A DNA stretch of 64,000 nucleotides, from contig NC_068987.1 in the NCBI RefSeq assembly GCF_001194135.2, forward strand, positions 30,806,956-30,870,955. Direction: 5' to 3'. The translations under genes were made by a program, and so were the position numbers. Below, in pieces: positions 38,448-49,045 of the stretch. Source of the stretch: Octopus bimaculoides (Eukaryota). A model generated the notes under the pieces. It did not search any database. It had not been told where the DNA came from and was given only the letters and a program-made list of their open reading frames with translations. How positions within the stretch are numbered: position 1 is the stretch's first letter; each line of letters starts with the position of its first letter.

Positions 38448-38501
38448 ATTGTGCAGCACAATTTTGTCAGTGATCAGGTCGCGATCTCAAAGCGACGAAA
38501 A
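38409..38501. repeat. Perfect 93-bp palindrome (46-bp arms, 1-nt centre at 38455)
   Basis: ttttcgtcgctttgagatcgcgacctgatcactgacaaaattgtgc-a-gcacaattttgtcagtgatcaggtcgcgatctcaaagcgacgaaaa. Confidence 0.95.
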
Positions 38502-38613
38502 GTCAAAAAAATATTTGGCTTCAATATAAAGCATATTACTCTACCTTCAGTATTCGAGTACTATCATTTTTCACCTAGTTTTGCATTTATGTGCTTACTT
38601 GTGTGTGTATTTT

Positions 38614-38644
<31 letters not shown>

Positions 38645-39208
38645 GAAGAAAATTGAGAGTCAATGGTTAATAACTAATTTATTAACAAATTGATAAATCA
38701 TTCCTACAATTGTTTCAATTCATACTCAACTACCAGTAATACCTGTCATTGATCAGGTAATTACTTTTACTGTTTCTTGGGCTGAGAAGCTAGAAAAACG
38801 GGTGTAGCATATAGAAGAATAGCCTTACAGAATCCAGTTCACTGTGATGGCACTGGAAAGGCTGCAGGTCAAGTGGAACATCATTTAGTAGACATTTTTT
38901 TGATTAGGAATATCAGTAAGTAAATAGTCAAATAAAATTACAAATGCTGTGTCGGTGCACAATTAGTGTTGTACTATTGCATAATTTTTGTTAGAACAAA
39001 TTAGGCAATAGCATAATAGGAGATACAGAAAAAGATAGCACATCATGCATTTGTTTGGTGTTTGTTTTTTGACAGTCTATTTTTAGTAGACATTTTTTTG
39101 ATTAGGAATATCAGTAAGTAATAGTGAAATGAAATTATAAATGCTGTGTCCTGTCAGTGTTAGTGCTGAAACTTCAATGCTATATTACGAGAATGGAAGG
39201 CAAGGCAA

Positions 39209-40530
39209 CATCATCATCATCATCATCGTTTAACGTCCGCTTTCCATGCTAGCATGGGTTGGACGATTTGACTGAGGACTGGTGAAACTGGATGGCAACA
39301 CCAGGCTCCAGTCTGATTTGGCAGAGTTTCTACAGCTGGATGCCCTTCCTAACGCCAACCACTCAGAGAGTGTAGTGGGTGCTTTTACGTGTCACCCGCA
39401 CGAAAACGGCCACGCTCGAAATGGTGTCTTTTATGTGCCACCCGCACAAGCCAGTCCAGGGGCACTGGCAACGATCTCGCTCGAAAATCCTACAGGAGCC
39501 AGTCAGGCGGTACTGGCAACGGCCACGCTCAAAATGGTGCATCTCATGTGCNNNNNNNNNNNNNNNNNNNNNNNNNNNNNNNNNNNNNNNNNNNNNNNNN
39601 NNNNNNNNNNNNNNNNNNNNNNNNNNNNNNNNNNNNNNNNNNNNNNNNNNNNNNNNNNNNNNNNNNNNNNNNNNNNNNNNNNNNNNNNNNNNNNNNNNNN
39701 NNNNNNNNNNNNNNNNNNNNNNNNNNNNNNNNNNNNNNNNNNNNNNNNNNNNNNNNNNNNNNNNNNNNNNNNNNNNNNNNNNNNNNNNNNNNNNNNNNNN
39801 NNNNNNNNNNNNNNNNNNNNNNNNNNNNNNNNNNNNNNNNNNNNNNNNNNNNNNNNNNNNNNNNNNNNNNNNNNNNNNNNNNNNNNNNNNNNNNNNNNNN
39901 NNNNNNNNNNNNNNNNNNNNNNNNNNNNNNNNNNNNNNNNNNNNNNNNNNNNNNNNNNNNNNNNNNNNNNNNNNNNNNNNNNNNNNNNNNNNNNNNNNNN
40001 NNNNNNNNNNNNNNNNNNNNNNNNNNNNNNNNNNNNNNNNNNNNNNNNNNNNNNNNNNNNNNNNNNNNNNNNNNNNNNNNNNNNNNNNNNNNNNNNNNNN
40101 NNNNNNNNNNNNNNNNNNNNNNNNNNNNNNNNNNNNNNNNNNNNNNNNNNNNNNNCACTACTAACTTGGTCGCCCAGATAGCGGAAGCTATCGACTACCT
40201 CTAGTTTTTCACCCTGGAATGAGATAGAAGTTGTTTCCTGTTTGTTTGCAGTCTTTATTGCACCTGAACATCTGCCACAAACAAAAACTAACTTGCTAGT
40301 TAACCTGCCTTTGATGTTGCTGCACCTCTTATGTGTCTATAGCTTGCACCGGGTACATCTTATAGAGTTACTACCTACTCCTTTTCTACATACTGAGCAG
40401 GGCCATCTACCTGAAGGGGTTTGTGTTTTATCTACCTTCCTACTTATTAGGATTTTGGTTTTAGCTAGGTTGACTCTAAGGCCCTTCAATTCTAGACCTT
40501 GCTTCCACACCTGAAACTTCTCCTCTAGTT
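39209..40530 (-). mobile_element. 5'-truncated RTE LINE of the same family, with internal gap
   Basis: Same 3'UTR and (GAT)n tail; RT segment GLRVNLAKTK ... PHD-like cysteines ... VDSFRYLG. Confidence 0.92.
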
Positions 40531-40658
40531 TGTAATAAATAGTCCAATGAAATTACAAATGCTGTGTCCTGTCAGTGAGATTTAGGTTTACTTGTCCTGT
40601 ATGTGTGTATTATATACGAGAAAAACCTGTAATAATTGAAATAGAAAAAAGATGGATT

Positions 40659-41018
40659 TCATATACGAACTTCTGTTTGTTCTTCAAGTTGCAATCCAGT
40701 AACTTTTAGTGTTTGGCCCTGTCTTTTAGTAATGTTCATGGCAAAAGAAAGTGGGATAGGAAACTGTAAGGGCTTAAATTTGAATAGAACATTAGATGAT
40801 ATAATTGGTATGCAAGGGATGAAGACAGTGTCACGTTTACCACAACCAGTGAGAATATTTGCTTCAATGCAGTTCACCATAGGTTTGTGCACAGTTAGTG
40901 TTGCCTCCCTTGAACCATTTATTTTCATTTTATGGGACGTGTACCACAAATAGTGAGAATATTTGTGAACAATTAGTGTTGCTTCCTTTGAACCATTTAC
41001 TTTCACTTTGTGGGGCAA
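40659..41018 (-). mobile_element. Helitron PIF1 helicase C-terminal fragment (related pieces at 38860-39170)
   Basis: IEANILTGCGK..VFIP.IP...FKFKPLQFPI.LSFAMNITKRQGQTLKV.GL. Confidence 0.85.
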
Positions 41019-42149
41019 ACAAACTGACAGAATCTCTCTTTCATATATGTAGATTAATAAATTACAAATTTATGTAATAAATTTGAGTTTATAAGTTGTG
41101 AGCAAAATATCATCAGGGAAATATTAAACATTAAAGAATTACATGATGAACAATTTGTTCTTTCCAGCAGAGTAAATATATGAAATTATATGTATTTCTT
41201 AGTGTATGTATGGTAAGTAGCTTGCTATAGGTGTAGGAATGGCTATATGTTAAGTAGCTTGCTTACGAAACACAAGGTTCCATGTTCAGTCCCACTGCGT
41301 GGCACCTTGGGCAAGTGTCTTCTACTATAGCCTCAAGCCGACCAAAGCCTTGTGAGTGGATTTGGTAAGCAGAAACTGAAAGAAGCCCGTCGTATATATG
41401 TATATATATATATGTGTTTGTGTGTCTGTGTTTGTCCCCCCCAACATCGCTTGACAACCGATGCTGATGTGTTTATGTTCCCATAACTAAGCAGTTTGGC
41501 AAAAAAGACCAATAGAATAAGTACTAGACTTACAGAGAATAAGTCCTAGGGTCGATTTGCTCAACTATAGGTGGTGCTCCAGCTTACATACATGAACACA
41601 AATTCAAATCTGTTTAATCAATGGACATAGATATTTATAACGTCTGTACGTAAATTTTTTTTATATATATATATTTACTCTTGTTTTAGTCATTATAGGG
41701 TGCATTTTTGGAAACAGTTGAGGGTTGATGGCAAAAGGAAGGGCATCCAGTTGTAGAGAATCTGCCTCAGCAAATTCCATCTGACCCTTACAAGCATAAA
41801 AAGTGGATGTTAAAACAATGGGGTGTGTGTGTGTTTTACGTAGTTTGAATATTTTATTTGAGAGAAAACTGATGATCTCTCTACACACCCCTTACATCCT
41901 TGAGAGCTCCCAATGCTCCCAGTGGGGTACTACTATCCTCAGGCTAAGAACCACTGGTTTAGCTATTTCTACTACACTAAAAAAGATTTATTATGAATAG
42001 GTCATTAAAAATATGTGCTGTTAATAAATCGTTCTTTCTTATATATAATTTCTTCTTCCAACATGTCATTCTTTATTTGACACTATTAAAATGTGAAAAT
42101 GTTGAAGCTCCAGTTTGTCTCCCTTATCGTTTCCTTATCTGAAAAACAG

Positions 42150-42284
42150 ATATTTTTTCTTGATGGCTATTCTCACACTTTACACATCTTACAAAGAGAA
42201 AGGAATATTTCTCGTGGCACTACAGAAAGACCCTGCCGGTGTTGATCCGGACAATGTGTTGACCATTTCATCTTATCTCAAAAA
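42150..42284 (+). CDS. SPCS2: SPCS2 coding exon 4, 135 nt
   Basis: [44 protein letters not shown]; CAG acceptor, GTTAGT donor; phase 2 to 2. Confidence 0.95.
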
Positions 42285-43316
42285 GTTAGTGTGTTGTTAT
42301 TTTAATACATTTCCTAATATAGGATCTCTTGTTAATGTTTACCAACATCTTATCTATCTGTGTGTTGAATTAACGTTATTGTTTTGAAGCAAGTTTAAAA
42401 ATAACATTGGACTATTTACTGATAGGAGGACTCAGTACTGAAAGAGTCAAACTTATAAAATCCATATTGACTTGGATTTCAGTTTCACCTTACTGCTTAT
42501 TGCTGCACTTGTCAACAATTATTTTATGACATTTATATAATAAATTATATATATATATATATATATNNNNNNNNNNNNNNNNNNNNNNNNNNNNNNNNNN
42601 NNNNNNNNNNNNNNNNNNNNNNNNNNNNNNNNNNNNNNNNNNNNNNNNNNNNNNNNNNNNNNNNNNNNNNNNNNNNNNNNNNNNNNNNNNNNNNNNNNNN
42701 NNNNNNNNNNNNNNNNNNNNNNNNNNNNNNNNNNNNNNNNNNNNNNNNNNNNNNNNNNNNNNNNNNNNNNNNNNNNNNNNNNNNNNNNNNNNNNNNNNNN
42801 NNNNNNNNNNNNNNNNNNNNNNNCCAATGGTGTGTTTACGTCCCTGTAACTTCGTGGTTCGGCAAAAGAGACTGATAGAATAAGTACTAGGCTTACTTTG
42901 TTCGACTAAAGGCGGTGCTCCTGCATGGCCGTAGTCAAATGACTGAAACAAATAAAAGAATACATTTTATTAAAGCTGAAAAATTATCACAGAACTGTTT
43001 CAGTTTCTGTTTGTTGGACAGTTGTGATAAAATTGTGTACATTTGTGATTGCATATGTACAATCACAATTTTACTTCAGTTCCTGTCCAGCAAACAGGAA
43101 CGTGAAACTCTGAGTAACAGTTCTGTGATAATTTTGCAGCTTTAATAAAAAGTATATTACTCTACCATTGGCATTTGAGTACTATTTTTGCCACTTTGTT
43201 TTACACTTAGGTGCTCACATGTAAAAAAAATATATATACATGCCCAAAGCCACACTAATAGCTTTGGAGTGAAATTTAGGATCGATTTTCATAAAACTTT
43301 TCTGAGCTGGTTTGTA

Positions 43317-44617
43317 CACTATGGCAACACCATTATTATGTTTTCAATATTCTGTGTAACATCCTTTATTTTTATTTCAGATTCTTCAGTTTTTGGATGA
43401 ACCACGCTAATAGCTTTTGAATGAAAATAGCCCTTCTAGACATTTTTTTCTGAAAATGAAGGGTAATGATACAGATTAAGCATACATTCAGTATATAACA
43501 GAAAACCGTTATTATAATATAACATTTATTGACATAATGAATTCTATAGCCACATGGGTGCCAAGACTGACAGTTAGAGATTTAAGGAATATTGGCCACA
43601 AGTTAGGTAGGAAACCTGGACAAACAAGCAAAGATATTTTCACCACCGCTGGACTTCCTCATGTACCGAAAACCACCAGAAATCGCATTCTTAGGTCCAT
43701 GACTTCGATGCAAGAGCCCTTGAAACTGCCTCCTTTAACACTTCATCACAGGAGTTTGGGGTTTCAATGGGCCCAAAAGTACATGACGTTAGACGTAAGT
43801 TGTGTTCTGTTCACTGATGAAACCAGGGTAACCTTGATGGACCTGACAGTTGGGCAAATGTTTTTGGAGGTGAGCATCACCAACATTTATAACATCAACA
43901 AGAAAGTGGAGGAGTCATGTTGTGGGGTAGTATCATTGGGGACAAATTTGTTGGCCCACTCAGGGTACCTGAAGAGGTTAGAGTGACCACAGCCACCCAC
44001 AGCAATCTCCTGAAGGAGGTCTTGGATCCCTGGCTAGAAGACATACTCCTGTCACTTCTAAAGAATCTCATATTCATGCATGACAACGCTTCCTCCCACT
44101 CTGTTAGGACCACCCAAACATTTCTAGGGTCTTACAGCATACAAGGTGAAAGGTTGATGGTGTGACTGACATCATCTCCAGATCTCAGCCCTGTTGAAAA
44201 TCTTTGGTCTGTCATTAGACAAGATGTTTATGCCAATGGACACCAGTTTACATCAAAAGATGTCTTATGGGAGACCATCAAAGCTGCAGCAGAGGCAGTC
44301 TAACTTGCTACTATTAAGAAATTGACAGATTCCATGACTAATAGAATTTTTAAAGTTATCTGTCGAAATGGCACTCGTGGCTAAATTATTCATTATGTCA
44401 AATGTTATAACATTATTATGGTTTTCTGTTAAATATATACTCAATGTATGCTTATTATGTATCATTACCCTTCATTTTCTGAAAAAAAAATGTCTAGATG
44501 GGCTATTTTCATTCAAAAGCTATTAGTGTGGTTCATCCAAAAACTGAAGAATCTGAAATCAAAAAGAAAGGATGATATACAAAATAATGAAAACATAACA
44601 ACAGTGTGTCCATAGTG
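43317..44617 (+). mobile_element. Tc1-like DD37E transposon with ~210-bp TIRs (in SPCS2 intron 4)
   Basis: Long inverted repeats at about 43317-43527 and 44401-44617, TA at the left end. Motifs VLFTDE, IFMHDNA and SPDLSPVENLW with D-37-E spacing; stops and frameshifts present. Confidence 0.9.
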
Positions 44618-44974
44618 TGCTGCAGTTTTCTATTATTATCTCCTTCAGCATGCAGCAATGAATCAATGAAAGTGCAGTATGACAGTCTGATCATGTAACT
44701 ATGTGGCTACTTACCATAAGTCAGTAATTCTTATCCAGTGTACTCTCAGTAATAATACTGTGTAAGTGATAAATGTATTTCTGAGGTTAAATTCGAGCAG
44801 TATTATGGGTTGGATAAAGAGGGACTTGGCCAGACAGATTTGCCATAGGAAAATCTTTTAATGTGTTTTGTGGCCAAAGAACTTCTTGAAATATTTGTAT
44901 TATGGTATTAATTAGGGTTTTTTTCTTCTTCATAATTATTGGCTGATTTCACTGATTCCTTGTTTGTCTTACAG

Positions 44975-45158
44975 ATATGACGATGTATACCAACTCATGG
45001 TTGATTACGAAAATGGTGTAAAAGGTTGCTCCCGGTCTGGAACCTTAAAGCATTCTGTGGCGAAATACTTTGATGAAAATGGTGTTCTATGTTACAATGT
45101 TTACAAATCTGAATTGAAAAATCTCGTTGACAAATTACTTACTAAAAAAGATGACTGA
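44975..45158 (+). CDS. SPCS2: SPCS2 coding exon 5 (terminal)
   Basis: cttacag acceptor, YDDVYQLMVDYENG...KHSVAKYFDENGVL...KKDD then TGA. The joined CDS is 597 nt = 198 aa plus stop. Confidence 0.93.
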
Positions 45159-45227
45159 TTCTTTTAGTAATGATTGTCTTCATTCACTTCTTGAAATTGT
45201 AAAGTTTGACATTGGTGAAATGAGAAA

Positions 45228-45233
45228 AATAAA
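45228..45233 (+). terminator. Candidate polyadenylation signal of SPCS2
   Basis: AATAAA about 70 nt downstream of the stop codon. Confidence 0.5.
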
Positions 45234-45949
45234 TGTGAAACTGTAGTTGTTGCTTATATTTTAGTGTTATTTCTTTCAAATTGGACTTGATTGATCATCA
45301 TCACCCTTGTTTAACGTCTGATTTCCATGCTGACATGGGTTGGACGGTTTGACAGAAGCTGAAGGACTGTTCAGGCTCTTTTCTCTTTTAAAGATGAGTA
45401 TGATTTGAGGGAGGCCTTGCTGCCATTTCTAGCAGTTTCAGCAACCGCATAGATGTTTCCCTTGCTACATTGGAGTATTCTTGTGCTTAATAGTTGGTAC
45501 TGTTTTGAGCACCGCTACTATCATCCTCACTCAGATATATTATTTAAAAAAAAAAATCAAAGAAGTTTACTCTGCAATTTTGTATTTTTAGCTTCAGTCC
45601 CACCTAGAAATGTATGGAAGCCTCAGAGGGAAACTTAATTTGTCCTCCAGTTTAACATCACCATATGTTCCTTGGATGTTTTACTGAAGTCCACTCTAAC
45701 ACAGGTATTCAGGTCAGGTCATTGGATTCCTAGCTGCCTTGAAAAATCTGAAAAGTGCCATGGATGCTGCCCTTGTCCCTGTCAGCCATTACAACAAAAA
45801 ATCAGCTGGATACAAGAAAAATCAGATGTGTATTAAAGAGTAGTCTGTATTTGTGTAGACATGTGATGTGTATGGAGGATGTCAATTGTATAAAGAAATA
45901 CTGAGCGCTTGGAAATATGGGTAGAGAGAGATATCCAGATGGTTGTTGT

Positions 45950-47050
45950 GCTACACTGAAAGGATCAGGCAAAATTTGAGTCCAGGGTCAGGAGGAATGG
46001 AAGAAACTTAGAGAAGACTAGCAGAGATATCCAGCATTGCTTGGGATTGAAATGGCATAGTTTGTATATATATTACAGTTATGTTGAAACAGGTGATACA
46101 GGAAAGTGCAGCATTGACTAAACATTTGTAAATGATGGACTAATTCGACTGAGCAACATATTATGTGTCTGTTTGGAGTATTCTAGGCCCTAGTCTGTCA
46201 TGGAAAATTGAGGGTGGGGTGTATGTGATTTTTGAATGCACCGAAAAGCTGTCAGTGGATATATTCTACTTTGCGGCAGTTAGTTCTGTATCTAACATGA
46301 CACATCGTCTGAAGTTTTGATACCTCCTTTGGATTTGTTGTCCTACATCACTCATAAAGTAAATTTGGAGGAACTGTGGTCGTTCATTTGTGAGTAACAG
46401 GAAATCAATGAAGTCATAGCTTTGCCCTTGAATTTAGAACATCGGCACAAGTCCATGTTCAATTATCTCCTTAGATGCACCAAATGATGTCATTTGAAAT
46501 GCAGAATTGTATTGTGTGATACTGTTCAGAAAATCCTTTGACTAGATGGAAGTGCCTTCCAGAAGATCCATAAGAAGCTGAGGAGGAGCTAGTAGTTTTG
46601 GCAGTCTTACCTTACCACCTGAGCAGCACATGCCATTAGTTTCATTTGGAAATGTTAAACCTTTGCAGAAACAACAATTTGAGTTTAGCACTCCTATTTG
46701 GACAAAATTATCATTTTTATAAGAATGAGATGGATCATGTCTGAAAGCAGCTCCAGGAACTGAAGAATAAATATGTATGTAGCCTGTTTCTGAGAGCTAT
46801 TTTAATGGACCTCTGTCTAATCATTAAAACATTAAGTACTGCAGCATGCCTTTGCTGATCTTGGGAAAGTCTCATCTCGCTTTTGTCTTGAGACTCCATT
46901 TGACATGCTACAGCATGCATTTGCTGATCTTGGGTAAGTCTCATCTCCCTTCTGTATTGACATGCTGCAGCATTCATTTACTGATCATAGGAAAGTTTCA
47001 TCTCCCTTCTCTCTTGAGACTCTGACGTTCAGTTTTCTACAATCCTCCTT
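45950..47050 (-). mobile_element. Helitron Rep N-terminal fragment
   Basis: RLSQDQQRHA repeats, then C.FC...ETNGMCCSGGKVRLP, YNSAFQMTSFGA, IQGQ and PQFLQIYF motifs. Confidence 0.85.
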
Positions 47051-47577
47051 GCTTAATACTTGTTTCTGGAGAGATAATGTCTTTTCTTTGGTGGCATATT
47101 TTTATCAATATTGTGAACAAAAATTATGAACATAGGAAAAATTATACATTAATCTCTATTTTTGTAAGCAGCTGCATGTATGTAGTATGTCTTTATTTCT
47201 GTATGCAGCATAAATTAACCAATTATAAGCAAATTAACCAAATAGAAGCACATGTACGAACTGCTAATTTTCTTTAGAAATAAGATGATCTTAGTGTTAT
47301 CATGTTAGAATTAAAATTGAAACAATAAAAGTGAAACAATATCATAGTCTTATCACATTATTTAGTTGTGCATTATCTTGCAGCTTCAAAATTTCAAAGA
47401 TGCGATTGTTTATTTTTAGAATGACAGTGTAAGGATGGTGTGTGAGGGGACAGATCCAGCTGGTTTGAACCTGAACATGAAACAGGTAGAATAATTTGGC
47501 TGAATATGGCAGTTTAAATGCTAAAGGGTAAAGGCAACAATACAGTGAGTTACATTAAGTATGATGATAGGACAAGT

Positions 47578-47968
47578 GGAGGCGCAATGGCCCAGTGGTT
47601 AGGGCAGCGGACTCACGGTCATAGGATAATGGTTTTGATTCCCAGACCGGACGTTGTGAGTGTTTATTGAAGGAAAACACCTAAAAGCTCCACGAGGCTC
47701 CGGCAGGGGATGGTGGTGACCCCTGCTGTACTCTTTCACCACAACTTTCTCTCTCTCTTACTTCCTGTTTCTGTTGTGCCTGTAATTCAAAGGGGTCAGC
47801 CTTGTCACACTGTGTCACGCTGAATATCTCCGAGAACTACGTTAAGGGTACACGTGTCTGTGGAGTGCTCAGCCACTTGCACGTTAATTTCACGAGCAGG
47901 CTGTTCCGTTGATCGGATCAACTGGAACCCTCGACGTCGTAAGCGACGGAGTGCCAACAACAACAACA
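47578..47968 (+). mobile_element. tRNA-derived SINE family C with (CAA)n tail
   Basis: GGAGGCGCAATGGCCCAGTGG head; 14-bp TSD ATGATAGGACAAGT at 47564-47577 and 47969-47982. Confidence 0.9.
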
Positions 47969-48454
47969 ATGATAGGACAAGTTAATAGGGATGTCATCAG
48001 AACAGCAACTGAAAAGTTATGGGTATGAACCTCATACAATCTTTTTATTTTTAACATTTATTTATTTATGTGTAATGCAAACATTAAAACTGTAAGCTAT
48101 AGATTCATCAAATTCAGTAATTTTAACATTATTTCATATCTTAATAGAAAATGAGACATTGCAAACAGGAATAAAGCTTCGGGAAAAGCATTTTAATATA
48201 ATAACAAATATGAGAATTGATATTTTTTTTTGTTTTGTTTTTTTTGTTCTTTTTATTTTGTTTTATTTCATTTTTCTGCATTCTCTCTCTTTTTAAACAT
48301 TGAGCAAATTATTCTATTGCTTTCTTCCTTTATTAAAGCAATTTAATGTACTGAAACATGCTCTCTGCTATTGCAATAACAAAGATGAACCTAAAGACAA
48401 CTCAAGTTAACATGAAATATAAAAATGTTGCTGATTTTCATGTAAGATTCCCAC

Positions 48455-48793
48455 TCAGTTGTGGCTGTAGTTGCTTCCATATACTTCTTCTCTGTTTAAT
48501 ACCATGTCACTTCGATCAGGCATAAGCGCCTTGGATATAAATTTGCCTTTCATTAAGCATATCAATCTACCAGCTCTACCCATTTTTTCAATGTTTCCAG
48601 CTCTACCGAACCTACCAGCTTTGCCAGTTTTAGCAAATCTAGCATGTTTGCCATCTCTACCAGTTTTACCATCTCTACCAGCTTTACCATCTCTACCAGC
48701 TTTACCAGCTCTACCAGTTTTACCATCTCTACCAGTTTTACCATCTCTACCAGCTTTCCGACTTCTACCATATTTATCCTTTGTGTCATGTGT
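48455..48793 (-). CDS. Terminal exon of the MYND gene with Gly-X-Y (GRD-GKT/A) repeat
   Basis: Strong acceptor ttcttctttttttgcag; 112-codon open frame THDTKDKYGRSRKAGRDGKT... ending in TGA; AT-rich 3'UTR-like sequence follows. Confidence 0.65.
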   Translation of the reverse strand, partial: THDTKDKYGRSRKAGRDGKTGRDGKTGRAGKAGRDGKAGRDGKTGRDGKHARFAKTGKAGRFGRAGNIEKMGRAGRLICLMKGKFISKALMPDRSDMVLNREEVYGSNYSHN

Positions 48794-49045
48794 CTGCAAA
48801 AAAAGAAGAACCATATAGATTTGCGATAAACATGAGCAATTCTTTTATTCTTTTATTTGTTTCAGTCATTTGACTGCAGCCATGCTGGAGCACTGCCTCT
48901 ATTTAAACAAATCAAACCCAGAATTATTCTTTGTAAGCCTAGTACTTACTCTATAGGTCTGTTTTGCCAAACTGCTAAGTTTCGGGGGCCTAAACACACC
49001 AACATCAGTTGTCAAGCGATGGTGGTGGGGACAAACATATACATA

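Larger units (their letters stand above)
35544..42149 (+). other. SPCS2: U12-type (minor spliceosome) GT-AG intron of SPCS2
   Basis: 5' splice site GTATCCTTTA. Branch-like TTCCTTATC at 42131-42139 lies about 10 nt before CAG, with no polypyrimidine tract (gaaaaacag). Confidence 0.85.

Noticed and set aside
47578-47660. tRNA-like sequence with A and B boxes
   Set aside because: It is the head of a SINE with a body, tail and TSD, not a tRNA gene. The same applies to the heads of families A and B.
48471-48829. Plus-strand LP-rich and TISTSF-repeat ORFs
   Set aside because: Antisense read-outs of the 18-bp repeat. Splice signals and gene context support the minus strand.
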